Shown here: positions 7,736 through 15,539 of the stretch, one piece after another | How the letters are laid out: the number at the start of each line of letters is the position of its first letter | How positions within the stretch are numbered: position 1 is the stretch's first letter | DNA from: a virus | Length of the DNA: 33,709 bases | IMG/VR virus record: IMGVR_UViG_3300029523_000016 | Strand: one strand, 5' to 3' | Notes under the pieces: generated by a model | The model's database searches: none | What the model was told of the DNA's origin: nothing | Seen by the model: only the letters and a program-made list of their open reading frames with translations | Translations under genes and position numbers: made by a program

Positions 7736-8521
7736 TTATTTAAAATCTTTTAATAATTCTTCCATTTCATTATTTTCATTAGTTTCTACTTCTTCTTTTT
7801 TTACATCAATATCAAACCATTCGGGCTTATGTTCTATTTTTTTGCTTATTTTTTTATCTCTATGTCTTTTAGTTTCTTCTTGTGCTTGGCTTACACTTTT
7901 AATTCCTAATTTTTGCCAATTATAAATTATAGTATCTATATAATTAATAGTATAAGCACCATTTAATATAGAAACTTTAACTGCATATCTAGTAAGTTCA
8001 TTATCTTCCCACTCTTTTATTTTTTCAATTTCGGTAGATGATAAAGTTCTTCCTAATTCTTTCTGCAAAAAGTCAAAAATTGTGTCGCATTTCTCTATAC
8101 TACTACTATTATTATTATTATCTGTGTTTATATCTGTGTTTATATCTGGTATAGGTTCATCACTTTTGTAAAATCCATTTGTCGATTTTGTAAAATGGAA
8201 ACAACATTTTTGTAAAATGGAAATCCCTTTTTCGGTAAATGCATACCACAAAGTTCTATCATATGCTAATTTATTGTAATTTCCTGTTTTTATTATTTCC
8301 TCTTCTTCCAAATGCTTTAAAGCATAACTAATTTTTCTTTCACTTGCATAGGGGAATAATTCATTTAATGCTTTTATACTATTATAAGTCCAATAAGTGC
8401 CATCATAATAACTTACATCGTTTGCTTTATTTTTTTCTATCCAAAAGAATAAATTGTTGATTATTATTGCTTCTAATATACCATATTCTTTTGCTAATTC
8501 TATATTAAATGAATGTTGCAT
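7736..8521 (-). CDS. Replisome organiser / DnaD-domain replication initiation protein
   Basis: 261 aa. C-terminal LSSTEIEKIKEWEDNELTRYAVKVSILNGAYTINYIDTIIYNWQKLGIKS is DnaD/DnaB_2-like. The central linker carries iterons. Confidence 0.7.
   Translation of the reverse strand: MQHSFNIELAKEYGILEAIIINNLFFWIEKNKANDVSYYDGTYWTYNSIKALNELFPYASERKISYALKHLEEEEIIKTGNYNKLAYDRTLWYAFTEKGISILQKCCFHFTKSTNGFYKSDEPIPDINTDINTDNNNNSSSIEKCDTIFDFLQKELGRTLSSTEIEKIKEWEDNELTRYAVKVSILNGAYTINYIDTIIYNWQKLGIKSVSQAQEETKRHRDKKISKKIEHKPEWFDIDVKKEEVETNENNEMEELLKDFK
8119..8223. repeat. Iteron cluster inside the replisome-organiser gene (candidate origin)
   Basis: TTTTGTAAAAT occurs at 8164, 8186 and 8208, exactly 22-bp phasing; the last two extend to TTTTGTAAAATGGAAA. 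There are 2.6 tandem copies of TATCTGTGTTTA at 8119-8149, with a TAC/TAT triplet run just upstream. Confidence 0.6.
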
Positions 8522-8523
8522 TT

Positions 8524-8682
8524 TTATTTTTCCTCCTTTTTAACTGGTACTAATTTTATAGTTTCATCATCATAGAATTCTAAATAGAATTCACTACCAT
8601 ATTTATTAATTATAAATTGTGGCATTATAATTCTATTTTTGGTCTTATCTGCTTTCTTCATAAATCTAAATAATAGTTTCAT
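8524..8682 (-). CDS. AbrB/SpoVT-like small DNA-binding protein (52 aa)
   Basis: MKLLFRFMKKADKTKNRIIMPQFIINKYGSEFYLEFYDDETIKLVPVKKEEK fits the swapped-hairpin pattern (R-I-x-I-P...G...l.i.....i.l.P). First gene after the 8740 promoter. Below the track cutoff. Confidence 0.5.
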   Translation of the reverse strand: MKLLFRFMKKADKTKNRIIMPQFIINKYGSEFYLEFYDDETIKLVPVKKEEK

Positions 8683-8711
8683 TTTCTCACCTACCTTTCT
8701 TATCTAAATCA

Positions 8712-8740
8712 ATTGTACCACCTTTAAGGGTACCTGTCAA
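8712..8740 (-). promoter_or_regulatory. Sigma-A-type promoter (replication/recombination operon)
   Basis: Minus strand reads TTGACA (8740-8735), 17 nt, TACAAT (8717-8712). The spacer holds an imperfect inverted repeat GGTAC...GTACC, a possible operator. Confidence 0.65.
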
Positions 8741-8838
8741 TATATAAAAAGAAGAAATATTATTTTTTTAATATCTCCCCCTATCTTCATATTATTTTTG
8801 TTCTATCATCTCTTTAAATATTGCCATAAGAACATTTA

Positions 8839-9468
8839 TTACATATATTTCCATTGGTATCCATAAGCACTTTTTGTTTTTCCTTTTAAACATTTTACTA
8901 TGTTAGTAGATATTCCATTAACATCTAAACCTGCTTCTTTTATAGAATTATATTCTTTTATTTTTTCATTATTTTTATAACTTGCTACTTTTATATTTTG
9001 AAATGGTGATACCTTTTTTTGATGTTTTAACCAACATTTTTTAGAACACAATTTATTTCTGTCTCTATGTTTTATTGGTGGCTCAAAAATTTCTCCACAC
9101 TCTATGCAAATCTTATTTTTAGGTAATTTTTCGAAATGTTCTCTATTATGACTTGTTGGTGTCATTAATTTCAAATTTTCTATTCTATTATCGTGTTTGT
9201 TTCCATTTTTGTGATGCACATATTCATTTCTTTCTAATTTTCTTCCTAAATGTTGTTCCATAATATATCTATGTTCACTTATTCGTTTACCATTTCTTAT
9301 TATCATTCTATATGTACTTAATATATTTTCTTTTGTATGTGGTTTTTCATATTTATTAAAACATTCTTTAGAACAAAAATGTTTCTTACTTCTTTCTAAT
9401 CTATACTTTCCTAAATAAAATTGTTTACCACATAAATCACATTTTATTAATTTACCATTTTTTTGCAT
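8839..9468 (-). CDS. Free-standing HNH homing-type endonuclease
   Basis: HNH core YVHHKNGNKHDNRIENLKLMTPTSHNREH. Two CxxC...CxxxC zinc knuckles. C-terminal IKEYNSIKEAGLDVNGISTNIVKCLKGKTKSAYGYQWKY is a NUMOD/IENR-like DNA-binding tail. I prefer the ATG at 9468 (GAGGTG RBS) over the GTG at 9477. Confidence 0.8.
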   Translation of the reverse strand: MQKNGKLIKCDLCGKQFYLGKYRLERSKKHFCSKECFNKYEKPHTKENILSTYRMIIRNGKRISEHRYIMEQHLGRKLERNEYVHHKNGNKHDNRIENLKLMTPTSHNREHFEKLPKNKICIECGEIFEPPIKHRDRNKLCSKKCWLKHQKKVSPFQNIKVASYKNNEKIKEYNSIKEAGLDVNGISTNIVKCLKGKTKSAYGYQWKYM

Positions 9469-9486
9469 TATATCCACCTCAATATA

Positions 9487-9514
9487 ATTATATCATATAT
9501 TTGGTTTATTGCAA
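9487..9514 (-). promoter_or_regulatory. Possible private promoter for the HNH gene, embedded in the methyltransferase 3' end
   Basis: Minus strand reads TTGCAA (9514-9509), 16 nt, TATAAT (9492-9487). The resulting leader would be very short. Confidence 0.35.
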
Positions 9515-10783
9515 TAATTGTTTGAATATTTCACACAATATGTTTACTACAATACTATCTCCGGCCAAATGATATAAACTTGAATTGCTTTGATTTTTAG
9601 CAACTTTATAATAATCTTCATCTTTAACCCCCATAAGTCTAAAGCATTCTAATGGCGTTAATTTTCTTATTTTTAAATTATTATAACAAATTCCTTCTTT
9701 TGGTGTAGTTTGTAAAGTATCACTAATTTCTTTTCCTAATTGTAGTCTTTCTCTTCCTTGCATAAATTTATCACTTTTTGAATATTGATATGTGCCTATT
9801 ATAAAATTGTCATCCATTCTGTTCCCCGCCCTAGTAGTGATTGTTTTTGCTATTACATTTCCATCAGAAACATTAAATTTAAAACCATTACCATTTTCTT
9901 TTTGCTTTTTTTCATTATGTATAAAAAATTTTATCATTTTATTACTCAAATAATACTTTTCATCAACTTCATCTTCTAATAAATTTTTAAGTTTTAATTT
10001 TAATGGTATTGGTTTGGGAAAAGTATATGAATAATATCCTAAGATACTAATCATAAAACATCTGTTTCGAGTTTGCGGTATACCATAATCAGTGGCTATT
10101 AAATCTTGAAAATAATTTTTATATCCTAATTTTTCCAATGCTAATTGCCATTTATTGAAATATTCAACATTATCTATCCCATGTACTTGTGGCACATTTT
10201 CCATCAATAATATTTGAGGTAGTTGGTTTAATTCTTTTAGTTCATTTAATATTCTTTCAACTTCCCATAACATACCACTTCTAGTTGAAGTATCTGCCAT
10301 TCCTTTGCCTTTGCCTGCCAAAGACAAATCTTGGCATGGAAATGAATAAGTCATAATGTAATCATATTGGTCTTTGTCAACTATTTTAAAGTCTTCACCT
10401 TTGGCATTTTGAATATTAACTAAATTATTTGTAGCAATTATGTTGTTATATATTTTTCTAAAATTTTGCCTTTTCAATTGTTCTCTAGTTGCTGGTTCAT
10501 TATAATTAATACTAACTCCTAATTCTACTAAAACTTTTAAAATATTATCATCACTTAAATCATCAGAATAATCAAAATAGTCTTGTATATGTAAGTCATT
10601 GTATGCTTGAATACTTTTGGCTGCCCACTCGCAAATTTTATAATGTTTTGCATTTGCACCTAGATATTTTAATGCTAAATACTGACTACCATAGCCCGCA
10701 AATAACTCTATAAGGCGTATAGGCTTTTTAATTTTGTATTTAGGATAAAGAAAATCAAATATTGTTATTTGCCCTTGTATCAT
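9506..10783 (-). CDS. DNA (cytosine-5) methyltransferase
   Basis: 425 aa with the motifs in canonical order: LFAGYGSQ (I), SFPCQDLSLAG (IV), ENVPQV (VI), QTRNRCFMIS (VIII), RKLTPLECFRLMGV (IX), GDSIVVNIL (X). Confidence 0.9.
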   Translation of the reverse strand: MIQGQITIFDFLYPKYKIKKPIRLIELFAGYGSQYLALKYLGANAKHYKICEWAAKSIQAYNDLHIQDYFDYSDDLSDDNILKVLVELGVSINYNEPATREQLKRQNFRKIYNNIIATNNLVNIQNAKGEDFKIVDKDQYDYIMTYSFPCQDLSLAGKGKGMADTSTRSGMLWEVERILNELKELNQLPQILLMENVPQVHGIDNVEYFNKWQLALEKLGYKNYFQDLIATDYGIPQTRNRCFMISILGYYSYTFPKPIPLKLKLKNLLEDEVDEKYYLSNKMIKFFIHNEKKQKENGNGFKFNVSDGNVIAKTITTRAGNRMDDNFIIGTYQYSKSDKFMQGRERLQLGKEISDTLQTTPKEGICYNNLKIRKLTPLECFRLMGVKDEDYYKVAKNQSNSSLYHLAGDSIVVNILCEIFKQLLQ

Positions 10784-10796
10784 AATACCTCCTTAA

Positions 10797-11267
10797 TTAT
10801 TCAAAACTGTTTTCAAACTTTATACTTTCTAATTTCTTTTTTAGAGCATTGATTTTATTTTCTGTACTTGTATAAGCATTTTTAAACCTTTTTAGCGAGC
10901 ATTCTTTATCTGCTAGTCTATTTATACTATCTTTGCAGAAACGAGTTCCTAGTGCCTCAAAATAAGCCATAGCGGGTGCTTTTCCATCTCTTTCGGTATT
11001 CCAATTCTTTCTTTCTTCGGTTGTTTTTATTGCTCTATCTATCTCTATTTGTGTTTTTAATTCTATTATGTCTTTAGTAAGTCTTGCTATTACTTCTCCT
11101 ATTATGTAATTAAGATTAGAATAAACCTCTATATTATGAGCATATAAATACATTGAATTAGGTTCATCTATAATCTTTTTAAATACTTCTTGATACATAC
11201 TAGCAAGTTCTTTTTCATTTATGTTTTTTATGTTAAAAGGGTTAAATAAGAATAATTTTTCTTCCAT
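10797..11267 (-). CDS. Hypothetical protein (156 aa)
   Basis: Track ORF with no recognisable motif. Confidence 0.55.
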   Translation of the reverse strand: MEEKLFLFNPFNIKNINEKELASMYQEVFKKIIDEPNSMYLYAHNIEVYSNLNYIIGEVIARLTKDIIELKTQIEIDRAIKTTEERKNWNTERDGKAPAMAYFEALGTRFCKDSINRLADKECSLKRFKNAYTSTENKINALKKKLESIKFENSFE

Positions 11268-11621
11268 TTACTCATCACTCTCTACTTTTTCTACTAAATC
11301 TTCTTTTATTATTAAAGTGACTTTTTCAAAATCTGACACTTTAAATACTAATTCTTTTTTCAAAATTCCTTTGTAGCCATCAAATTCAAACTCTTTATCT
11401 ACTATAATTTTCGCTTTTAATTCATCAGGAAATGCCCTAATGTTATATGCTTCTTCTATTGTTTTGCCATCTCTATTTTCCGAATTTTCTATTGCTTCAT
11501 ATATATCATTGGTTGCTTTAAACCAATCAGTATCAGGGCTTCCACCACAAACATACCAGTTTCTTATAAGATAAATATTCTTATTTATTTTGTGCCTATA
11601 TATAACTATCTCTTTATTCAT
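11268..11621 (-). CDS. Hypothetical protein (117 aa)
   Basis: Track ORF. It ends ...VESDE with the same 15-bp junction as at 3203-3217. Confidence 0.55.
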   Translation of the reverse strand: MNKEIVIYRHKINKNIYLIRNWYVCGGSPDTDWFKATNDIYEAIENSENRDGKTIEEAYNIRAFPDELKAKIIVDKEFEFDGYKGILKKELVFKVSDFEKVTLIIKEDLVEKVESDE

Positions 11622-11911
11622 TATCTCGCCACCTTTAATATATCTTCCATTTTTGTTAATATTGGCTCTATTGCTTCTATTTCAATATCAGTATATTCAG
11701 TAAAGCCTTTGTTTTCTTTACAATAAATCTTGTAATCATTTATTCTATCTATTGCTTTATCTATAGTTCTTTCATATACATCTCTTGTTTGTATTATATC
11801 ATCTCTAGTACTAGTCTCATAAATGATAAACTCTGCTACTTCTCTAGGTATATCGTATTCTTTACCATTTATATTTATCTTGCGTTTGCTTAATTTAACA
11901 TTATATTCCAT
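11621..11911 (-). CDS. Hypothetical protein (96 aa)
   Basis: Track ORF. Its start overlaps the RHH gene stop (TAATG). Confidence 0.55.
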   Translation of the reverse strand: MEYNVKLSKRKININGKEYDIPREVAEFIIYETSTRDDIIQTRDVYERTIDKAIDRINDYKIYCKENKGFTEYTDIEIEAIEPILTKMEDILKVAR

Positions 11912-12069
11912 TATTTACCTCCTTTTATTTTTTGTGCTTTTTCAAGCATAGCCATTACTAAGAATGATGTCTTGCTTTGTCCTGTCATTTTTGTTGCTTT
12001 TTCTAATTCATTAAACTCCCATTCAGAAAGTCTAATATTTAATACTCTTGTTTTTGTTTTCTTTCTCAT
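11911..12069 (-). CDS. Ribbon-helix-helix (CopG/Arc/MetJ-like) small DNA-binding protein (52 aa)
   Basis: MRKKTKTRVLNIRLSEWEFNELEKATKMTGQSKTSFLVMAMLEKAQKIKGGK has a basic N-terminus, a beta-strand (VLNIRLS) and two helices. AGGAG RBS. Below the track cutoff. Confidence 0.5.
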   Translation of the reverse strand: MRKKTKTRVLNIRLSEWEFNELEKATKMTGQSKTSFLVMAMLEKAQKIKGGK

Positions 12070-12077
12070 ATTATCTC

Positions 12078-12314
12078 CTATCTACAATATTTGTCGTATA
12101 ATTCGCAATATTGATTTTTATATTCTTTTAAATCGTCAATTTCTTTTTGTTGTTTTTCTATTGTGTCTGCTTGCTCTTCTATTACATCAGAATATTCTTC
12201 TAATTTATCGACTAATTCCTTAATAGTTACTAAGTCTTGGTTTCTGAATATCTCTTTTATAGTGTAACCATAGAAATCTTTTAAGTTGATATAAACATTA
12301 TTCATTTTCTCCAC
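12078..12314 (-). CDS. Hypothetical acidic coiled-coil protein (78 aa)
   Basis: Track ORF in the early operon. Confidence 0.5.
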   Translation of the reverse strand: MEKMNNVYINLKDFYGYTIKEIFRNQDLVTIKELVDKLEEYSDVIEEQADTIEKQQKEIDDLKEYKNQYCELYDKYCR

Positions 12315-12562
12315 CCCCTTTTCTTTCTTTTTTCTTCAGCATCTAAATAAATATTTATATTTCTTTTTGTTTTGCTATTTTCCCATTCGTAAAGTGTAGT
12401 TCCATATTTATTTATCTGATAATCTTCTATCATTCTAATTAATTCTTCTAGATACTTGAACTCGCCATGTCTTTTAATAAATTCAACTCTAAACAAATTT
12501 CTAGTTACCATTGCTTTATCTTTATACAAATTAAAATAAAAATTCAATTTAAATTCTTCCAT
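12302..12562 (-). CDS. Hypothetical protein (86 aa)
   Basis: Track ORF with a GGAGGG RBS. Confidence 0.5.
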   Translation of the reverse strand: MEEFKLNFYFNLYKDKAMVTRNLFRVEFIKRHGEFKYLEELIRMIEDYQINKYGTTLYEWENSKTKRNINIYLDAEEKRKKRGWRK

Positions 12563-12691
12563 TTTCTTTCCCTCCTTTTATTCGCTATTTATTTTAATTT
12601 TAACGAAGTTTTAATAATTCTAATATAATTGGTCTATTTTATTATTTTCATTAATTCTAGACTAATTTAATTAAGTCTAGTGATGTATTTA

Positions 12692-12793
12692 TTAATTTAA
12701 AGATGAAATTCTTTGTAAAATTAACAAAGTGCCAACAATAATTATTGAATAAAATATAATTATACCTTTATTTTCTTTTAAAAACTTTTTCAT
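12692..12793 (-). CDS. Micro-ORF (33 aa, single TM)
   Basis: MKKFLKENKGIIIFYSIIIVGTLLILQRISSLN. The ATG overlaps the upstream stop. Confidence 0.3.
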   Translation of the reverse strand: MKKFLKENKGIIIFYSIIIVGTLLILQRISSLN

Positions 12794-12879
12794 TATATTC
12801 TTTCTCCTTTCTTAACTCCATAATATTCATATAAGTCTCTATCTAAATTATATCTTAACCATTTAATTATCTTTTTCAT
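12793..12879 (-). CDS. Micro-ORF (28 aa)
   Basis: MKKIIKWLRYNLDRDLYEYYGVKKGERI. Starts 1 nt after the upstream stop and overlaps the next ATG. Confidence 0.25.
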   Translation of the reverse strand: MKKIIKWLRYNLDRDLYEYYGVKKGERI

Positions 12880-12880
12880 T

Positions 12881-13033
12881 TTACCACTCTTCCTCTTCTA
12901 TATAGTATTTATCTTTTATTCTATTTTTTTTGTCGTATAATTTTAGCATCTTTATAAATTCTTGTGCTTCTTTAAGGGTTTTGAATTCCTTTATTTCTCC
13001 ACTTTCTTCTCCATAAACAACATAACTTTTCAT
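12881..13033 (-). CDS. First early small protein (50 aa)
   Basis: MKSYVVYGEESGEIKEFKTLKEAQEFIKMLKLYDKKNRIKDKYYIEEEEW. AGGAAGAG RBS. First ORF after the 13096 promoter. Confidence 0.4.
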   Translation of the reverse strand: MKSYVVYGEESGEIKEFKTLKEAQEFIKMLKLYDKKNRIKDKYYIEEEEW

Positions 13034-13066
13034 TTTTCATCTCTTCCTTTCCTTAATGACATTATA

Positions 13067-13096
13067 ATTGTACCATAAAGTATATACATTTGTCAA
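13067..13096 (-). promoter_or_regulatory. Early promoter, sigma-A type with extended -10
   Basis: Minus strand reads TTGACA (13096-13091), 18 nt, TGgTACAAT (13075-13067). Located immediately after the late-operon terminator. Confidence 0.65.
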
Positions 13097-13177
13097 CACA
13101 TTAAATGAAATTTCTTTATTTTTTTTACATTTTCTTTATAAACCCTTATAAAATAAAGAAAATATGCAAATCGAGGC

Positions 13178-13208
13178 ATAAAAAAAGAAGTAGGTGCTTA
13201 GCCTACTT
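13178..13208 (-). terminator. Rho-independent terminator ending the late (lysis) operon
   Basis: Minus strand reads AAGTAGG-ctaagca-CCTACTT followed by cTTTTTTTat. The stem overlaps the endolysin stop codon. Confidence 0.8.
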
Positions 13209-14022
13209 AATATAATCTTATATTGTCCCAATTTGTAGTTCCATTTTGGATATTCAAATTAACTTGTCTTTGAACTTCATCATAGTTAGAACCTAGTGCA
13301 TTTATTCTATCTTCACCATTTCCAAAGTCTCCTCTAATAGTCTTTCTAACTAAATCTAGAATATCGATGCTTGGCTCTGGTACAGGTGCTAATATTTCAT
13401 TAACTCTTGCTTGCACTTCTGCATATCTATCGCCTAATGCATTCTTTCTATCTTCACCATTACCATATTTACCAGCGATAACTTCTTGTGCTAATTCCTC
13501 TGTAGTTTTTTCTTTGATTGGCTCTGGATTATTAATCTTATTTGCTTCATCAGCGATATACTGCATTTTGCTTCTTAGATAATCTCCAGGACAAGTGGTA
13601 CTAGTAAACATACTATGCCAAGTTAAATTTTTGCCAGGTACTAATATTCCCAAGCTTCTCCTCTTAGCGATATCTGCAACCAATTTAATAACAGCATTTA
13701 AAGTAATATCGTTAACATACCAACTATTATCATTATCAGATATTTCAATAGTTACTGACTTGCAGTTGCTATCCCAATTACTATTAGTCCAAGCAGTATC
13801 TTCTTCATCAACATAATTAGCAATACTTCCATCATACCCAACACCATAGTGAGAACTACCATATCTACCTTTTGCTTGAAATATTCTACCACATTGTTTT
13901 GCAGTTAATCTTCCTGCCATATGATGAATAGTAATTGCTTCAATGCTTCTACCATCTCTGCCTTTAGTATAATTCCCCTCATCTGCAGGTACTATTATTT
14001 GTGTTAGACTTGACTTACTCAT
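13207..14022 (-). CDS. Endolysin: N-acetylmuramoyl-L-alanine amidase (Amidase_2/PGRP) with two C-terminal CW_7-like repeats
   Basis: 271 aa. ITIHHMAG...SSHYGVGYDG...TIEISD...TWHSMFTSTTCPG. Tandem repeats GKYGNGEDRKNALGDRYAEVQARVNEIL and GDFGNGEDRINALGSNYDEVQRQVNLNI. Confidence 0.9.
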   Translation of the reverse strand: MSKSSLTQIIVPADEGNYTKGRDGRSIEAITIHHMAGRLTAKQCGRIFQAKGRYGSSHYGVGYDGSIANYVDEEDTAWTNSNWDSNCKSVTIEISDNDNSWYVNDITLNAVIKLVADIAKRRSLGILVPGKNLTWHSMFTSTTCPGDYLRSKMQYIADEANKINNPEPIKEKTTEELAQEVIAGKYGNGEDRKNALGDRYAEVQARVNEILAPVPEPSIDILDLVRKTIRGDFGNGEDRINALGSNYDEVQRQVNLNIQNGTTNWDNIRLY

Positions 14023-14094
14023 CTACTTCATCCCCCTTTCCATTACTTAACTCTAATTCCATTTCTTCTGTAATTTTAATTTCTTCCATATTAT

Positions 14095-14286
14095 CTACTC
14101 TCCTTTTATTTTATTTATTGCTTTATTTCCTAATAAATATGTTGATATTACCGCTATAACTACTGCTATAGTGTTTGTTACTTTATCTGCATTGATATTC
14201 CATATAGGAGCAATTCCTATAATTAAAGCATTTATTATAGTCAATATATTCAGAATATATTTACTTGCCTTTTTAAACTTTTCCAT
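14095..14286 (-). CDS. Holin-like membrane protein (63 aa, two TM segments)
   Basis: MEKFKKASKYILNILTIINALIIGIAPIW...TIAVVIAVISTYLLGNKAINKIKGE. I prefer the ATG at 14286 (AGAGAGGTG RBS). Immediately upstream of the endolysin. Confidence 0.6.
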   Translation of the reverse strand: MEKFKKASKYILNILTIINALIIGIAPIWNINADKVTNTIAVVIAVISTYLLGNKAINKIKGE

Positions 14287-14288
14287 TC

Positions 14289-14495
14289 TTAACACCTCTC
14301 TTTCAATTCACTAATTTCTTCTTTTATATATTTAATATCATCTTCTAGTCTGAATGTTCTTTCTACTACTGAATTATGTTTCTCTACTTTTTTTTCTAAT
14401 TGAGTAATTCTATACTTAATTAAATTCATTCCAGCAAAAGAACCTACACAAGTACCTAGAAATGATAAAAGTGCTACTATTATTGTGTCATTCAT
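14289..14495 (-). CDS. BhlA/UviB-like holin-like protein (N-terminal TM plus coiled coil)
   Basis: 68 aa. IIVALLSFLGTCVGSFAGMNLI followed by a charged coiled coil. The call rests on architecture and position. Confidence 0.45.
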   Translation of the reverse strand: MNDTIIVALLSFLGTCVGSFAGMNLIKYRITQLEKKVEKHNSVVERTFRLEDDIKYIKEEISELKERC

Positions 14496-14518
14496 ATTTC
14501 CTCCTTTTTATTTTATTT

Positions 14519-15451
14519 TTATTTCCATCTTCCTATTGCTAATACTTGAAATGTATAATCTGCACTTTCACTTGAAGTTGGTGCTAATATATAAACTTTT
14601 CCAGCATTATTTGCACTTGAAAATTGTACTGCTTCTAATGAAGCATTTACTTCGTGCAATGTTACATATACAAAAGGTATATCCTTAAATGCCATAGGAT
14701 AATTTCCTAAATCTGCTTGTGTAGTGCTTTCATACATATTTCCCCATGTTGATGTTCTCGCTAAAGTTCTAGTTACTTTGTGCATAGTTATTAATCTACC
14801 ATCTGAATACTTAATCCAACTTCCATTTTTATTACTACCACTTTCAACTATATAACCAGCCCAAGGCATATAAGATGTTGGAGTTGGGCTTTCTTCTATT
14901 TGAAATTTAAGAATTAAATTATTGAATGTTCTTAAACCACTACCAAAGTATCCAATCCAATGTAGTCTTGTTTCTTCTGTTAATGTAAAGGTACTAGAAT
15001 AAGTAGTTCCATCGGAAACACCAGCTTCAATGTTTTGTGAAAAAACAATAGTACCATCATAGATGTTTGTTCCATCGCTCTTTCTTAAGTAAAAATCAAT
15101 GTCACCATCTGATAGAGAACCACTGACTTTTTTTATAGTTGCTGTATATGTCCCCGCTTTTAAAATTATACCATCTTCATCTTTATTTACATTTGGACTA
15201 TCTAAAAAAATATTTGTTGAAGTGGTTGAACTTCCATTTATTAAAATTTGATTATTTGTTTGGTTAAAATTCAATCCAGTATTAGTGCTTATTTTTGCAT
15301 TTCCAACATTAAATAAATTTTTGAATATATTGCTTTCTACTATGCCATTTACCGATTTTTTTATTTCGTTCATATCGCCAGCAGTTACTTTATTTACATT
15401 AGCAATATCTGTATTTTCATGTAATGCTACCTTATCTTCATAAGTTATCAT
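14519..15451 (-). CDS. Putative tail fibre / receptor-binding protein
   Basis: 310 aa. N-terminus MITYEDKVALHENTDIANVNKVTAGDMNEIKKSVNGIVE is typical of Firmicute-phage fibre N-termini (recalled). Last structural gene before lysis. Confidence 0.5.
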   Translation of the reverse strand: MITYEDKVALHENTDIANVNKVTAGDMNEIKKSVNGIVESNIFKNLFNVGNAKISTNTGLNFNQTNNQILINGSSTTSTNIFLDSPNVNKDEDGIILKAGTYTATIKKVSGSLSDGDIDFYLRKSDGTNIYDGTIVFSQNIEAGVSDGTTYSSTFTLTEETRLHWIGYFGSGLRTFNNLILKFQIEESPTPTSYMPWAGYIVESGSNKNGSWIKYSDGRLITMHKVTRTLARTSTWGNMYESTTQADLGNYPMAFKDIPFVYVTLHEVNASLEAVQFSSANNAGKVYILAPTSSESADYTFQVLAIGRWK

Positions 15452-15539
15452 AAGTTACCTCCTTGAGAGATATTATTTAAATAATAACCACTTTTTTTTA
15501 TTAACTTATTATTTATTTTTTTCATTTTATCTTCCTCCT

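Noticed and set aside
8099-8149. Tandem 12-mers and triplet runs considered as a CRISPR or minisatellite array
   Set aside because: There are only 2.6 contiguous copies without spacers, and they lie inside a coding linker. They are better explained as part of an iteron/origin cluster.
12657-12680. Hairpin CTAGACT-n10-AGTCTAG considered as a terminator
   Set aside because: No U-tract follows on the transcribed strand. It is retained only as a possible operator within the early operon finding.
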